This document shows, piece by piece, positions 18,397-28,482 of a stretch of 64,000 bases of DNA; positions within the stretch are counted from its first letter, which is position 1; each line of letters begins with the position of its first letter. Both the position numbers and the translations under genes were made by a program. This DNA comes from Nigerium sp. (GTDB lineage: Bacteria; Actinomycetota; Actinomycetes; Propionibacteriales; Propionibacteriaceae): contig NZ_JBDHZL010000003.1 in the NCBI RefSeq assembly GCF_039811905.1, positions 3,355 to 67,354 of the forward strand. Direction: 5' to 3'. The notes beneath the pieces were generated by a model. It was not told the DNA's origin, did no database searches, and saw nothing but the letters and a program-made list of their open reading frames with translations.

Positions 18397-19407
18397 TCAG
18401 GCGACCGGCGTGCTGGTGATGACCTTCATGTAGGCGTCCCGCTCGTACGCGCCGGGGTCGCCGACGGAGGCGAAGTTCATCGAGCCCCGCAGCTGCTCCA
18501 CCGAGTCGTACCCGCGCTCGGCGAGCCACGACCGCAGCCCGTCGAGCATGCCGGTCACCGCCTCGGGGCCGCCCTGCAGCACGGCCGACGTCGTGCAGAC
18601 CACGTTCGCGCCCACGAGCAGCAGCTTCAGGGCGTCCTCCCACGTGTGCACCCCGGACGACGCGGCCAGGTCGAGCCCCTTCTGCTGCGCGCTGACGATG
18701 CCGATCCAGCGCATGGGCAGCCGGATCCGGTCGGACGACGACAGCGTCACCCGCGGCACCATCGTCAGCTCGTCGAGGTCGATGTCGGTGCCGTACACGT
18801 TGCTGAACAGCACGAGCGCGTCGGCGCCGGCGTCCCGGGCGCGGCTGGCGAAGTTCGACACCGACGTGAAGTGGCTCGACATCTTCACCGCCAACGGCAC
18901 GCTCAACGCGGACTTCACCCCGGCGATCACGCGGAGGTAGCGGTCCTCGATGTCGGCGGGCAGTGCCTGGGGGTCGGCGTTCACCGAGTGCAGGTTCAGC
19001 TCGACGGCGTCGGCGCCGGCGTCCTGCAGCAGCGTCGCGTACCGCTGCCACCCGCCCTCGGTGGAGCCGTTCACGCTGCCGATCACCGGGATCGTCAGCG
19101 CCTGCTTCGCCGCCTTCACGAGGTTCACGTGCCGGTTGGGACCGACGTCGTCCAGGTCGGCGGGCGGCAGCGGGGCCGAGTCGAACTCGGCGAAGCCGTC
19201 GCCGATCTCGGCCATGTCGAAGGCCTGCATCTCCTCCGCCTCGGCCTCCTCCTGGAACAGGCTCGGCAGGACGACGGCCGCCGCGCCGGCGTCCTGCAGC
19301 GCCAGCATGTCCTCGGGGGTCCGCGTCAGCGGGCCCGCCGAGGCGATCACCGGCCCGGCCAGCGACAGCCCGAGGTAGGTGGTGGACAGATCCGGACGCT
19401 CGCTCAT
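18397..19407 (-). CDS. Dihydroorotate dehydrogenase-like FMN protein, co-transcribed with PFOR
   Basis: LSTTYLGLSLAGPVIASAGP, PVIGSVNG, GADAVELN, PLAVKMS; 4 bp downstream of PFOR stop. Confidence 0.88.
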   Translation of the reverse strand: MSERPDLSTTYLGLSLAGPVIASAGPLTRTPEDMLALQDAGAAAVVLPSLFQEEAEAEEMQAFDMAEIGDGFAEFDSAPLPPADLDDVGPNRHVNLVKAAKQALTIPVIGSVNGSTEGGWQRYATLLQDAGADAVELNLHSVNADPQALPADIEDRYLRVIAGVKSALSVPLAVKMSSHFTSVSNFASRARDAGADALVLFSNVYGTDIDLDELTMVPRVTLSSSDRIRLPMRWIGIVSAQQKGLDLAASSGVHTWEDALKLLLVGANVVCTTSAVLQGGPEAVTGMLDGLRSWLAERGYDSVEQLRGSMNFASVGDPGAYERDAYMKVITSTPVA

Positions 19408-19411
19408 CGCC

Positions 19412-22400
19412 TCACTTCTCCGTTCCCTGGACGCCGCCGGCGCCGGTCGCGCCGTCGGCGGGCGCCGGGCGCTCGGCCGTGACCGCGCGCTCGACGGACG
19501 ACATCTGATCGTAGTAACGCCAGCGCTCCGAGACGTCGTCGCCGGCGAGGTCCCACAGCGTGCCGGCCCGCTCGGGGTCGGACCGCCGCAGCATCGCGAA
19601 CCGCGGCTCGCTGGCGAGGAAGCGTTCGATCGACCCGTCGGGGGCCTTCGAGTCGAGCGTCAGCGGGGTCGTCGATTCGCTCTCGCTCGGGCGGAAGCGG
19701 TACAGCGGCCAGTACCCGGACGCCACCGCGTCCCCCTGATGGCTCATCGACGTCGTCATGTCGATGCCGTGGCTGATGCACGTGCTGTAGGCGATCACGA
19801 CGCTCGGGCCGTCCCACGCCTCGGCCTCCAGCAGAGCGCGGACGGCCTGCTGCTGGTTCGCGCCCATCGCGATCTGCGCGACGTAGACGTTGCCGTAGGT
19901 CTGCGCGATGAGCCCCAGGTCCTTCTTGGCGGTCTTCTTGCCGCCCGTCGCGAACTTCGCGACGGCCCCGCGCGGCGTCGCCTTGGACGACTGCCCGCCC
20001 GTGTTGCTGTACACCTCCGTGTCGAGCACCAGGATGTTCACGTTCGCCCCCGACGCCAGCACGTGGTCGAGGCCGCCGTACCCGATGTCGTAGGCCCAGC
20101 CGTCGCCGCCGATGATCCAGACCGACTTCGTGACCAGCTCGTCGGCGACCGACTCGAGCAGCCGCGCGTCCGGCGCGTCGAGGCCCGCGAGGGCCTCCTT
20201 CAGGGACGCCACCCGCGCGCGCTGGGCGGCGATGCCCTCCTCGGTGGACTGGTCGGCGTCCAGGAGGCCGGCGACCAGACCGGCGTCGAGGGAGGCGTCC
20301 GGCTGGGACGCCAGCGCTGAGAGCAGGCGGCGCGCCTCGGCGTTCTGCTGCTCCCAGGCCAGCCGCATGCCGAGGCCGAACTCGGCGTTGTCCTCGAACA
20401 GCGAGTTGCTCCAGGCCGGGCCGCGCCCGTCGGGGTTCGTCGCGTAGGGCGTCGTCGGCAGGTTGCCGGAGTAGATCGACGAGCAGCCGGTCGCGTTCGC
20501 GACGACCATCCGGTCGCCGAAGAGTTGCGTGATCGCCCGGATGTACGGCGTCTCGCCGCAGCCGGAGCACGCCCCCGAGAACTCGAACAGCGGCTGGAGT
20601 TGCGCGGCGCCCTTCACCTGATCGTGCCGGACGGCCGTCCGGTCGATCTCGGGGATGCCGAGGAAGAAGTCGAAGTTGGCCCGCTCGGCGTCCAGGTGCT
20701 CCAGGCGGTTCTCCATGTTGATCGACTTGTGCTTCACCTCGGTCTTCGAGTGCGCCGGGCAGATGTCGACGCACACCCCGCAGCCGGTGCAGTCGTCGGG
20801 GGCGACCTGCACGATGAGCTGGTGGTTGGGGAGGTTCCGCGCCTTGTACTGCTTGTGGGAGAGGGTTTCGGGCGCGCCCTCGAGGTCGGAGTCGGGCATG
20901 ATCTTCACCCGGATCGCCGCGTGCGGGCACACCATCGCGCACTTGCCGCAGTCGATGCAGAGGGACGCGTCCCAGATCGGGATCTCCTCCGCGATGCCAC
21001 GCTTTTCGTACTTGCCCGTGCCGGTCGGCCAGACACCCCCGGTGGGCATCGCGCTCACGGGGATCGCGTCGCCCTCGCCGTGCAGCATCTTCTGGGTGAC
21101 GAGTTTCACGAAGTCGGGGGCCTCGTCGGGCACGGCGGGCATCCGATGCCGGACGCCGGCCGCGGCATCCGGGACCTCCAGCCGGTGCAGCGCTGCGATC
21201 GCGCCGTCGATGGCCGCCCAGTTGCGCTCGACGATCACGCGCCCCTTGCGTCCGTAGGTCTCCTCGACCGACTTCTTGATCTTCGCGAGGGCCTCCTCCT
21301 GCGGGACGACCCCCGACAGGTAGAAGAAGCACGGCTGCATGACCGTGTTGATCCGCTTGCCCATGCCGGCCGCCTTCGCGACGTCGAGGGCGTTGATGAC
21401 GTAGGGCTGGAGCCTCTTGTCGATGATGATCTGCTGCACCTCGACGGGGAGGTGCGCCCACGTCTCCTCGGCCGGGTAGGGGCTGTTGATGAGCACCGTC
21501 GCGCCCGGCTTCGCGATGTCGAGCGTCGGCATCTGCGCCAGCAGGTTGAACTGATGGACGGCCACGAAGTCGGCCTCCTCGATGAGGTAGGCCGAGTGGA
21601 TCGGCCGGTCGCCGAACCGCAGGTGGCTGATCGTGCTCGACCCAGACTTGCGCGAGTCGTACACGAAGTAGCCCTGCGCGTAGCGGCCCTCGTCGCTGCC
21701 GATGATCTTCACCGAGTTCTTGGACGCCCCGACCGTCCCGTCGGAGCCGAGCCCGTAGAAGACGGCCGTGAGGGCGTCCGACTCGGGCCGGAACGACGCG
21801 TCGACCGGCAGCGACAGGCCCGTCACGTCGTCCGTGATGCCGACCGTGAAGCGCGGGCGCGGGGACTCGGTCGCCAGCTCGGTGTAGACGGCGGCGGCCA
21901 TCGCGGGCGTGTAGTCCTTGCTGCCGAGCCCGAACCGCCCGCCGATGACGAGCGGCAGGCCGCCGTCGAAATGGCCGGCGTTCTCGGCGAGCGCCACGAG
22001 CACGTCGCTGTGCAGCGGCTCCGCGGACGCCCCCGGCTCCTTCGTGCGGTCCAAGACGGCGATCCGGCGCACGGACGCCGGCAGCGCGGCGACCAGGTCG
22101 GCGACCGGGAACGGCCGGTACAGGCGCAGCGTCACCGCCCCGACCTTCTCGCCCCGGCGGTTCAGCTCGTCGACGGCCTCCACGGTCGTCCCCCAACCGG
22201 AGCCGAGCACGACGACGACGCGGTCGGCGTCCGGGGCGCCGTGGTACTCGACGAGCGAGTACCGGCGTCCGGTGCGCTCGGCGAGCTCGTCGAAGCACTC
22301 CGCGACGACGCCGGGCACGGCGTCGTAGAACGCGTTGACCGCCTCGCGGCCCTGGAAGTAGGTGTCGGGGTTGTGCGCGGTGCCGCGGACGTCCGGCCGG

Positions 22401-23062
22401 TCGGGCGTGAGCCCGCGCGCGCGGTAGTCGAGGACGTCTTCGTCGCGCACGAGCGCGCGCAGATCCTCGGGGGAGAGCAGGTTGATCTTGCTCTCCTCGT
22501 GGCTGGTCCGGAAGCCGTCGAAGAAGTGGAGGAACGGGACGCGCGTCCGCAGCGTCGCCGCGTGCGAGACGAGCGCGAAGTCGTGGGCCTCCTGCACGGT
22601 CGTCGAGTCGAGCATCGCGAAGCCGGTGCCGCGGCAGAGCATGACGTCGGAGTGGTCGCCGAAGATGCTCAATGCGTGCGTCGCGACCGCGCGCGCCGCG
22701 ACGTGAATCACGGTCGGCGTCAGTTCGCCCGCGATCTTGAACATGTTCGGGATCATCAGCAGCAGCCCCTGGGACGCCGTGAACGTCGTCCCCAGCGCGC
22801 CCTTCGTGACCGCGCCGTGCAACGCGCCCGCGGCCCCGCCCTCGGACTGCATCTCGACCACCGTCGGCACCGAGCCCCAGATGTTCGGACGCCCGGCGGA
22901 GCTCCACGTGTCCGCCGCCTCGGCCATCGCCGAGCTGGGCGTGATCGGGTAGATCGCGATCACCTCGCTGAGCGCGTGCGCGACGCGCGCGGCGGCCTCG
23001 TTTCCGTCCATCGTGGCCGACCGCTGCGTCGGGTGGGAGGGGTGCGTCTGATCCGGCTCCAT
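19412..23062 (-). CDS. nifJ: Pyruvate:ferredoxin/flavodoxin oxidoreductase (single chain)
   Basis: MDGNEAAA, IYPITPSS, EMQSEGGAAG, CIDCGKCAMVCP, CTGCGVCVDICP, ACSGCGETPY, GGDGWAYDIG; RBS agagg before ATG 23062. Confidence 0.96.
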   Translation of the reverse strand: MEPDQTHPSHPTQRSATMDGNEAAARVAHALSEVIAIYPITPSSAMAEAADTWSSAGRPNIWGSVPTVVEMQSEGGAAGALHGAVTKGALGTTFTASQGLLLMIPNMFKIAGELTPTVIHVAARAVATHALSIFGDHSDVMLCRGTGFAMLDSTTVQEAHDFALVSHAATLRTRVPFLHFFDGFRTSHEESKINLLSPEDLRALVRDEDVLDYRARGLTPDRPDVRGTAHNPDTYFQGREAVNAFYDAVPGVVAECFDELAERTGRRYSLVEYHGAPDADRVVVVLGSGWGTTVEAVDELNRRGEKVGAVTLRLYRPFPVADLVAALPASVRRIAVLDRTKEPGASAEPLHSDVLVALAENAGHFDGGLPLVIGGRFGLGSKDYTPAMAAAVYTELATESPRPRFTVGITDDVTGLSLPVDASFRPESDALTAVFYGLGSDGTVGASKNSVKIIGSDEGRYAQGYFVYDSRKSGSSTISHLRFGDRPIHSAYLIEEADFVAVHQFNLLAQMPTLDIAKPGATVLINSPYPAEETWAHLPVEVQQIIIDKRLQPYVINALDVAKAAGMGKRINTVMQPCFFYLSGVVPQEEALAKIKKSVEETYGRKGRVIVERNWAAIDGAIAALHRLEVPDAAAGVRHRMPAVPDEAPDFVKLVTQKMLHGEGDAIPVSAMPTGGVWPTGTGKYEKRGIAEEIPIWDASLCIDCGKCAMVCPHAAIRVKIMPDSDLEGAPETLSHKQYKARNLPNHQLIVQVAPDDCTGCGVCVDICPAHSKTEVKHKSINMENRLEHLDAERANFDFFLGIPEIDRTAVRHDQVKGAAQLQPLFEFSGACSGCGETPYIRAITQLFGDRMVVANATGCSSIYSGNLPTTPYATNPDGRGPAWSNSLFEDNAEFGLGMRLAWEQQNAEARRLLSALASQPDASLDAGLVAGLLDADQSTEEGIAAQRARVASLKEALAGLDAPDARLLESVADELVTKSVWIIGGDGWAYDIGYGGLDHVLASGANVNILVLDTEVYSNTGGQSSKATPRGAVAKFATGGKKTAKKDLGLIAQTYGNVYVAQIAMGANQQQAVRALLEAEAWDGPSVVIAYSTCISHGIDMTTSMSHQGDAVASGYWPLYRFRPSESESTTPLTLDSKAPDGSIERFLASEPRFAMLRRSDPERAGTLWDLAGDDVSERWRYYDQMSSVERAVTAERPAPADGATGAGGVQGTEK

Positions 23063-23569
23063 GGGTGCCTCTTCTCGCTGCTGTGGTTCCGCTCGGGCGT
23101 CGGTGCGGGTGCGTCCGTCGTGGGCGTCCGTGGAGGGCGGTCGGCGGCGACGGCCGCGGACACCGGTCGCTGCCGAGTTCGCCTCACTGTAAGCGCGGAC
23201 GCCGCCCGCCGCGGCCGGCGTCCATCGTGCGGTGGCGGGCGAGGTCAGTGGCGGGGAGACGGTGGTCTCACCCGGCGACCGCGCCGGGTGCGCCGGGTGG
23301 CGGCAGGCGTCCCGGCGCACCTGGCTTCCGCATCGATGTCGCCCGCGGATCGGGTACAGAAAAGCGCGAAATGTCACGCCCGCACAATGCGACAAACCGC
23401 GATACAAAGGTTCGGTGACATATCGTCCGGCCCGCCGGAATCGCGCGAAAAGGCGTGCCTGCCGCAGGCGAGAAGTCCGGGCGGAAATCGGCGCAAAGCG
23501 GATGGCTGCGGCGTCGGGACCCCGGAATAGCTCCCACGAGCTCAACTTCTGACAAGGAAAGATGCATTT

Positions 23570-23589
23570 CTACACCCTTGACGGTGTAG
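23570..23589. promoter_or_regulatory. Palindromic operator enclosing TTGAC upstream of BCCT gene
   Basis: CTACACC-CTTGAC-GGTGTAG. Confidence 0.5.
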
Positions 23590-23625
23590 CTAAGGTGGTG
23601 CGGTCCGATCACTAGGAGGTAACGG

Positions 23626-25527
23626 ATGACCCCGAACGGGACTTCCATCAGGGACGTACGCGAGCGCAGCGCGGCACGCGCGAGAAAGAATGCGCTCCGT
23701 GCTTCCGCTCGCCAGCCCGGACGTGGATTGCTGCAATCCAGCGGCGCGTCCGGGGTGGCCCGGCTCACCGGCCAGGGGCGGGTGCTGGACTCCAGCCACC
23801 CCGCCCTCGAGCCCGCCCCCGAGGCCCTCGAGAACGAACCGCCAGGCAGCCTCGACAAGGTCGTCTTCGGCGTGACGGCCGCGGTGTCGATCGCGTTCGT
23901 CCTCTGGGGCGCCCTCGACCGCGCGTCGCTGATGAACGCCTCGAACGCCGGCCTGAAGTGGGTGATCACGAACACCGGGTGGCTGTTCACGACGGCCGCG
24001 ACCGGCTTCGTCTTCTTCGTGCTGTGGCTGGCGTTCAGCAAGTATGGGGCCATCCCCCTCGGGCGCGACGGCGAGGAGACGGAGTTCAACACCACCTCCT
24101 GGATCGCGATGATGTTCAGCGCCGGCATGGGCATCGGCCTGGTCTTCTACGGCGCGGCCGAGCCGATCGCGCACTTTCTCACGCCGCCGCCGGGCACGGG
24201 CGCCCCGGGCAACGAGAACGCGATCCAGACGGCGATGGCGACGACCCTCTTCCACTGGGGGCTGCACCCCTGGGCGATCTACGCCGTGGCCGGCATCGCG
24301 ATCGCGTACGGCGTCTTCCGGCGCGGCCGTGCCCTGACGATCAGCGCGGTGTTCGAGCCGCTGCTCGGCAAACGCCACGCGCACGGCCCGGCCGGCAAGG
24401 TCATCGACATGTTCGCGATCTTCGCGACGCTGTTCGGCTCGGCGACGTCGCTCGGCCTCGGCGCGTTGCAGATCGCCCACGGCGCGACGATCGTGGGCTG
24501 GATCGGGGATGTGGGCAACACGTTCCTCGTGCTGCTGATCACCGGGCTGACGATCTGCTTCGTCCTGTCGGCCGTGTCGGGCGTGGCCCGCGGTATCCAG
24601 TACCTGTCGAACATCAACATGGTGCTCGCGGTGCTGCTGGCGGCGTTCGTGTTCGTCGCCGGACCGACCGTCCTGATCCTGAACCTCATGCCCACGACGC
24701 TGGGCACCTACCTGCAGAACCTGATGCAGATGTCGGCGCGGACGGCGGTGACCGGGCAGGACTCGGTCGATTGGCTCTCGAGCTGGACGATCTTCTACTG
24801 GGCCTGGTGGGTCAGCTGGACGCCGTTCGTCGGCATGTTCATCGCCCGCATCTCCCGCGGCCGGACGATCCGGCAGTTCGTCGGCGGCGTCCTGCTGCTG
24901 CCGAGCCTGGTCAGCCTCGTGTGGTTCTGCGTGTTCGGCGGGGCCGCGATCGACGCGGAGCGGTCCGGGGCGAACCTGGGTGCGGTCGAGTCGTCGGAGG
25001 GCATGCTGTTCGGCCTGCTCGAGACCATGCCGATCCCGGCGGTCACGTCGGTGCTCGTCATGATCCTGGTCGGCATCTTCTTCGTCTCCGGCGCCGACGC
25101 GGCGTCCATCGTGATGGGCACCCTCAGCGAGAACGGCACGATCGAGCCGCGGCGTCCGGTCGTCATCTTCTGGGGCGTCGCGACCGGGGCGGCCGCGGCG
25201 ATCATGCTGGTCGCGGGCGGCTCGGACGCCCTGAGCGGGCTGCAGACCGTCACGATCATCGCCGCGCTGCCGTTCGTGCTGATCATGATCGGGATGTGCG
25301 TCGCGCTGGTGCGCGACCTCAGCCAGGACCCGATGATGGTCCGGAGGAAGTACGCGGCGAAGGCCATCGACGCGGCCGTCGTCGCGGGCGTGTCGGCCCA
25401 CGGCGACGACTTCGCGCTGTCGGTCGACCCCACCGCCCCGGGCGAGGGCGTCGGCGCGCTCGTCACGCTGCCCGATTCTCTGGCCGGCACCGACGCGGAC
25501 GTCCAGGAGCCGCCCGCCGGCAAGTGA
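23626..25527 (+). CDS. BCCT-family (betaine/carnitine/choline) transporter
   Basis: WIAMMFSAGMGIGLVFYG, FHWGLHPWAIY, WTIFYWAWWVSWTPFVGMFIARISRGRT; RBS ggaggt. Confidence 0.95.
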   Translation: MTPNGTSIRDVRERSAARARKNALRASARQPGRGLLQSSGASGVARLTGQGRVLDSSHPALEPAPEALENEPPGSLDKVVFGVTAAVSIAFVLWGALDRASLMNASNAGLKWVITNTGWLFTTAATGFVFFVLWLAFSKYGAIPLGRDGEETEFNTTSWIAMMFSAGMGIGLVFYGAAEPIAHFLTPPPGTGAPGNENAIQTAMATTLFHWGLHPWAIYAVAGIAIAYGVFRRGRALTISAVFEPLLGKRHAHGPAGKVIDMFAIFATLFGSATSLGLGALQIAHGATIVGWIGDVGNTFLVLLITGLTICFVLSAVSGVARGIQYLSNINMVLAVLLAAFVFVAGPTVLILNLMPTTLGTYLQNLMQMSARTAVTGQDSVDWLSSWTIFYWAWWVSWTPFVGMFIARISRGRTIRQFVGGVLLLPSLVSLVWFCVFGGAAIDAERSGANLGAVESSEGMLFGLLETMPIPAVTSVLVMILVGIFFVSGADAASIVMGTLSENGTIEPRRPVVIFWGVATGAAAAIMLVAGGSDALSGLQTVTIIAALPFVLIMIGMCVALVRDLSQDPMMVRRKYAAKAIDAAVVAGVSAHGDDFALSVDPTAPGEGVGALVTLPDSLAGTDADVQEPPAGK

Positions 25528-25566
25528 CGCCCCGTCGACCGGCCCGCGGGTGACGACCGGCCAAGC

Positions 25567-25601
25567 GGACGCCGCCCGCCGCTCAGCGGCGGGCGGCGTC
25601 C
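25567..25601. terminator. Bidirectional terminator; stem is GGACGCC/GGCGTCC pair
   Basis: ggacgccgcccgccgc-tca-gcggcgggcggcgtcc, 16-bp stem; loop is the stop codon of the convergent ORF. Confidence 0.75.
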
Positions 25602-26008
25602 CCGGTCGGCTCGGCGATGACGTCGGCGAACAGCCCGGCGATCTCCCGCTCGAGGCGACGCCCGGTGGAGGCGCGCCCGTCGGCGGGCATGGCCCCGAGT
25701 AGGTGGACCCGCTTGCGCAGGGCGGCGCTGCGGTCGCGGAACGTGCCCGCCTTGAACGCGGGCAGCGGCGCGTCCCGCAGGTAGGAGTCGATCGCGGTGA
25801 GTTGACGGCCCAGTCGGCGGCTCGGGTCGCGCTCGATCACCGCCTGCCGCATCTGCCGGATGAGGGCCCCCGCGGCGTCCGTGAGTCGGCCGTCCTTGTT
25901 GGCGAGGCGCCACAGCTTCCCGGCGCCGCGCGCGCCCGTGGCGACCGCCCGGGCGAGGCGCGCGAGTTCGTCCCGGCGCGGGTTCCGCGGGGATTCGGCG
26001 TTCGTCAT
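25583..26008 (-). CDS. Hypothetical helical basic protein (141 aa)
   Basis: RBS aaggagg and TAGGGT -10 upstream, GC-rich third positions; no recognisable family. Confidence 0.65.
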   Translation of the reverse strand: MTNAESPRNPRRDELARLARAVATGARGAGKLWRLANKDGRLTDAAGALIRQMRQAVIERDPSRRLGRQLTAIDSYLRDAPLPAFKAGTFRDRSAALRKRVHLLGAMPADGRASTGRRLEREIAGLFADVIAEPTGDAARR

Positions 26009-26047
26009 GCGTCCTCCTTCGGCTCTCACCCTAGTGGACGCAGAAAA

Positions 26048-26081
26048 ACAGGGACGCCGCCCGCGCGGGCGGCGTCCCTGT
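26048..26081 (-). terminator. Intrinsic terminator after dcuA; stem is GGACGCC/GGCGTCC pair
   Basis: acagggacgccgcccg-cg-cgggcggcgtccctgt followed by ttttctg on minus strand. Confidence 0.8.
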
Positions 26082-26101
26082 CGTGAGGGAGGGCCGGGCT
26101 T

Positions 26102-27415
26102 TTAGAGGATGAAGGGCCCGATCAGGAAGCCGAGGGCGACACAGACGATGATCGCGGCCGTTCCCGGGATGACGAACGGGTGGTCGAACACGATCTTGCC
26201 GACCCTCGTGGAGCCAGTGTCGTCCATCTCGATCGCGGCGACCGTGGTCGGGTAGTTCGGCAGCAGGTAGTAGTTCGCGACGGCCGGGTAGCTCGCGACG
26301 AGCGCGACGGCCGGCAGCCCGAGGGTGACCATGAGCGGCATGAACGCCGTCGTCGTGGCCGCGTGGGAGAACATCAGCGGCGCGGCGAAGTAGAAGAACA
26401 CGGCGGCGAGCCACGGCTGGGCCTGCAGGGGAGCGGCCAGCGCCTGCTGGATCGTGGCCTCGTAGTGGTTCACGAACGCGTTGCCGAGCCAGGCCAGGCC
26501 CATGATGCAGATGGCGGCGGTCATGCCGGCGCGGAAGGTGTCCTGCGCCGCGATGGACGCGGTCGGCTTCTTCGCGACCAGGCCGATGATCGCGGCCGTG
26601 GTGAGCATGATCGTCATGATCGCGGCCGTGGAGTCCATCGGCGGGTTGGCGATGATGCCGAGCTGCTTGGAGGTGAGCGTCGCGTACAGGACGACGAGCA
26701 CCAGCGCGGTGAGGAAGATCAGCAGGCTGGGGACCGCGCTGCGGGCGGGCGTGTACTCGGCGGTGCTCGCGACGCTCTTCTTCACCAGCCCCTGGGCGAG
26801 GCGCTCCTGGTAGACCGGGTCGTCCTTGAGTTCCTTGCCCTGCCGCGACGCCACGACCGCGCCGACCGCGCAGCCGATGAACGTGGTCGGGATCACGATC
26901 GCCAGGCACTGCAGGTACCCGACGTGCAGAGGAGCCATGATGAGCGCCAGGGCGACCATCGCCGCCGAGATCGGGGACGCCGCGACCGCGACCTGCGACG
27001 CGACCACCGCGATCGACAGGGGCCTGGAGGGCCGGATGCCGCGCTCCTTGGCGACGTCGACGATGACCGGGATCACCGAGTAGGCCGTGTGGCCCGTGCC
27101 GCACAGCAGCGACAGCATGTAGGTGACGAACGGGGCGAGATAGACGATTTGCTTGGGGTGTTTGCGCAGGAGCACCTCGGTGAGGTGCACCAGGTGGTCC
27201 ATGCCGCCGGCGACCTGCAGGGCGGCGACCGTGCAGATGACCGGCATGATGATGCCGATCACGGACCAGGGGACGTCTTTCGCCGCGGTGGTGTGGACGC
27301 CCGTCGCGGCGAGCACGAGGACGCCCGCCCCGCCGGCCAGACCGATGCCGATGCCGCCGAGACGCGCCCCGATGACGATGAACAACAACACCACGATCAG
27401 GTGAAACCAGATCAT
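26102..27415 (-). CDS. dcuA: Anaerobic C4-dicarboxylate transporter (Dcu family)
   Basis: GARLGGIGIGLAGG, LQVAGGMD, CGTGH, VASQVAVAASPISAA, DDTGSTRVGK, FDHPF; DcuA versus DcuB not certain. Confidence 0.9.
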   Translation of the reverse strand: MIWFHLIVVLLFIVIGARLGGIGIGLAGGAGVLVLAATGVHTTAAKDVPWSVIGIIMPVICTVAALQVAGGMDHLVHLTEVLLRKHPKQIVYLAPFVTYMLSLLCGTGHTAYSVIPVIVDVAKERGIRPSRPLSIAVVASQVAVAASPISAAMVALALIMAPLHVGYLQCLAIVIPTTFIGCAVGAVVASRQGKELKDDPVYQERLAQGLVKKSVASTAEYTPARSAVPSLLIFLTALVLVVLYATLTSKQLGIIANPPMDSTAAIMTIMLTTAAIIGLVAKKPTASIAAQDTFRAGMTAAICIMGLAWLGNAFVNHYEATIQQALAAPLQAQPWLAAVFFYFAAPLMFSHAATTTAFMPLMVTLGLPAVALVASYPAVANYYLLPNYPTTVAAIEMDDTGSTRVGKIVFDHPFVIPGTAAIIVCVALGFLIGPFIL

Positions 27416-27545
27416 CCGAATCTCCTCAACCTCGGGCGCATGGTCGTACCCGAACGGCTGGATCCTATTGGGCGGATTGCCACCGGAATGGAGCTTTTCG
27501 CACGTTCGTAACGAACTCGGGCGGGTGCCAGTCGGCGGGGGTTCG

Positions 27546-28364
27546 CTAACCCACCAGGGCCGCGCTCGCGGCCCAGAAATCGTCGAGCAGCCCGGCGTCC
27601 CGAGCCGCCCGGGGCAGCCGGTGGGGGCGGCGTTTGACGAAGAAATTGCCGGGCGCCCAGTCGCGCGGCGGGCGTCCGGTGGCGAGCCAGACGAGCGTGT
27701 CGGCACCCCGGTCGGGGGTGATCATCACGCGCTGTCCGAAGCGGGAGGAGTAGAACCACCGCGTCGCGCCGGTGGCGCCGGCGCCGAAGCTGCTCGCCAC
27801 GACGCCCGGGTGAAACGCCGCCGCGCTGAGCCCGTCCAGCGCGTGGTGCCGGTGCAGGGCGCGGGTGAAGAGCAGGTTCATGAGCTTGCTGTCGGCATAG
27901 GCGTGCCACATCGACCAGCCCTTCTCGAGGCCGGGATCGGCCAGGTCGATGCGCCCGACGCGCGCGGCCGCGCTCGAGGTCGCGATCACCGACGCCCGCG
28001 AGGCGACGAGCTTCGCCAACAGCAGGTTGGTCAGGAGGAACGGCGCGAGGTGGTTCACCTGGAGCGTCAGCTCGTGGCCGTCCTCGGTGAGGCGGTGCTC
28101 GTGCGCGATCGCGCCGGCGTTGTTGGCGAGGACGTCGATGCGCTCGTACGTCCGGGAGAGCTGGTGGGCGAGCCGATGCACGTCGCCGAGCCGGGAGAAG
28201 TCGGCCACGAACGGGTCGGCGCCCGTGTCGGCGGCGACCGCCTCGACCTTGCGCGGGTTGCGGCCGACCACGGCGACGCGGTCGCCGGCGGCCGCGAGTC
28301 GTCGGGCCGCGGCGGCCCCGATGCCGTCGCTGGCGCCGGTGATGACGATGGTGCGGGGCGACAT
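27546..28364 (-). CDS. SDR family oxidoreductase
   Basis: ITGASDGIG, LANNAG, VNHLAPF, YADSK, HPGVVAS. Confidence 0.92.
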   Translation of the reverse strand: MSPRTIVITGASDGIGAAAARRLAAAGDRVAVVGRNPRKVEAVAADTGADPFVADFSRLGDVHRLAHQLSRTYERIDVLANNAGAIAHEHRLTEDGHELTLQVNHLAPFLLTNLLLAKLVASRASVIATSSAAARVGRIDLADPGLEKGWSMWHAYADSKLMNLLFTRALHRHHALDGLSAAAFHPGVVASSFGAGATGATRWFYSSRFGQRVMITPDRGADTLVWLATGRPPRDWAPGNFFVKRRPHRLPRAARDAGLLDDFWAASAALVG

Positions 28365-28482
28365 GATTCCTCCGTCGGTCGGGCGTGGGCGGTGGCTTTC
28401 GGCCCACGCTACCGGCCGGCGGACGCGACTGGCCGCCGTCGGATGCGTTCCGTCGGGCGCGGGGCGGGGTACCGTCCGGGGT

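Noticed and set aside
27503-27515. GTTCG-TAA-CGAAC as LexA box
   Set aside because: Half-sites are in the reverse order and spacing of the CGAAC-N4-GTTCG consensus
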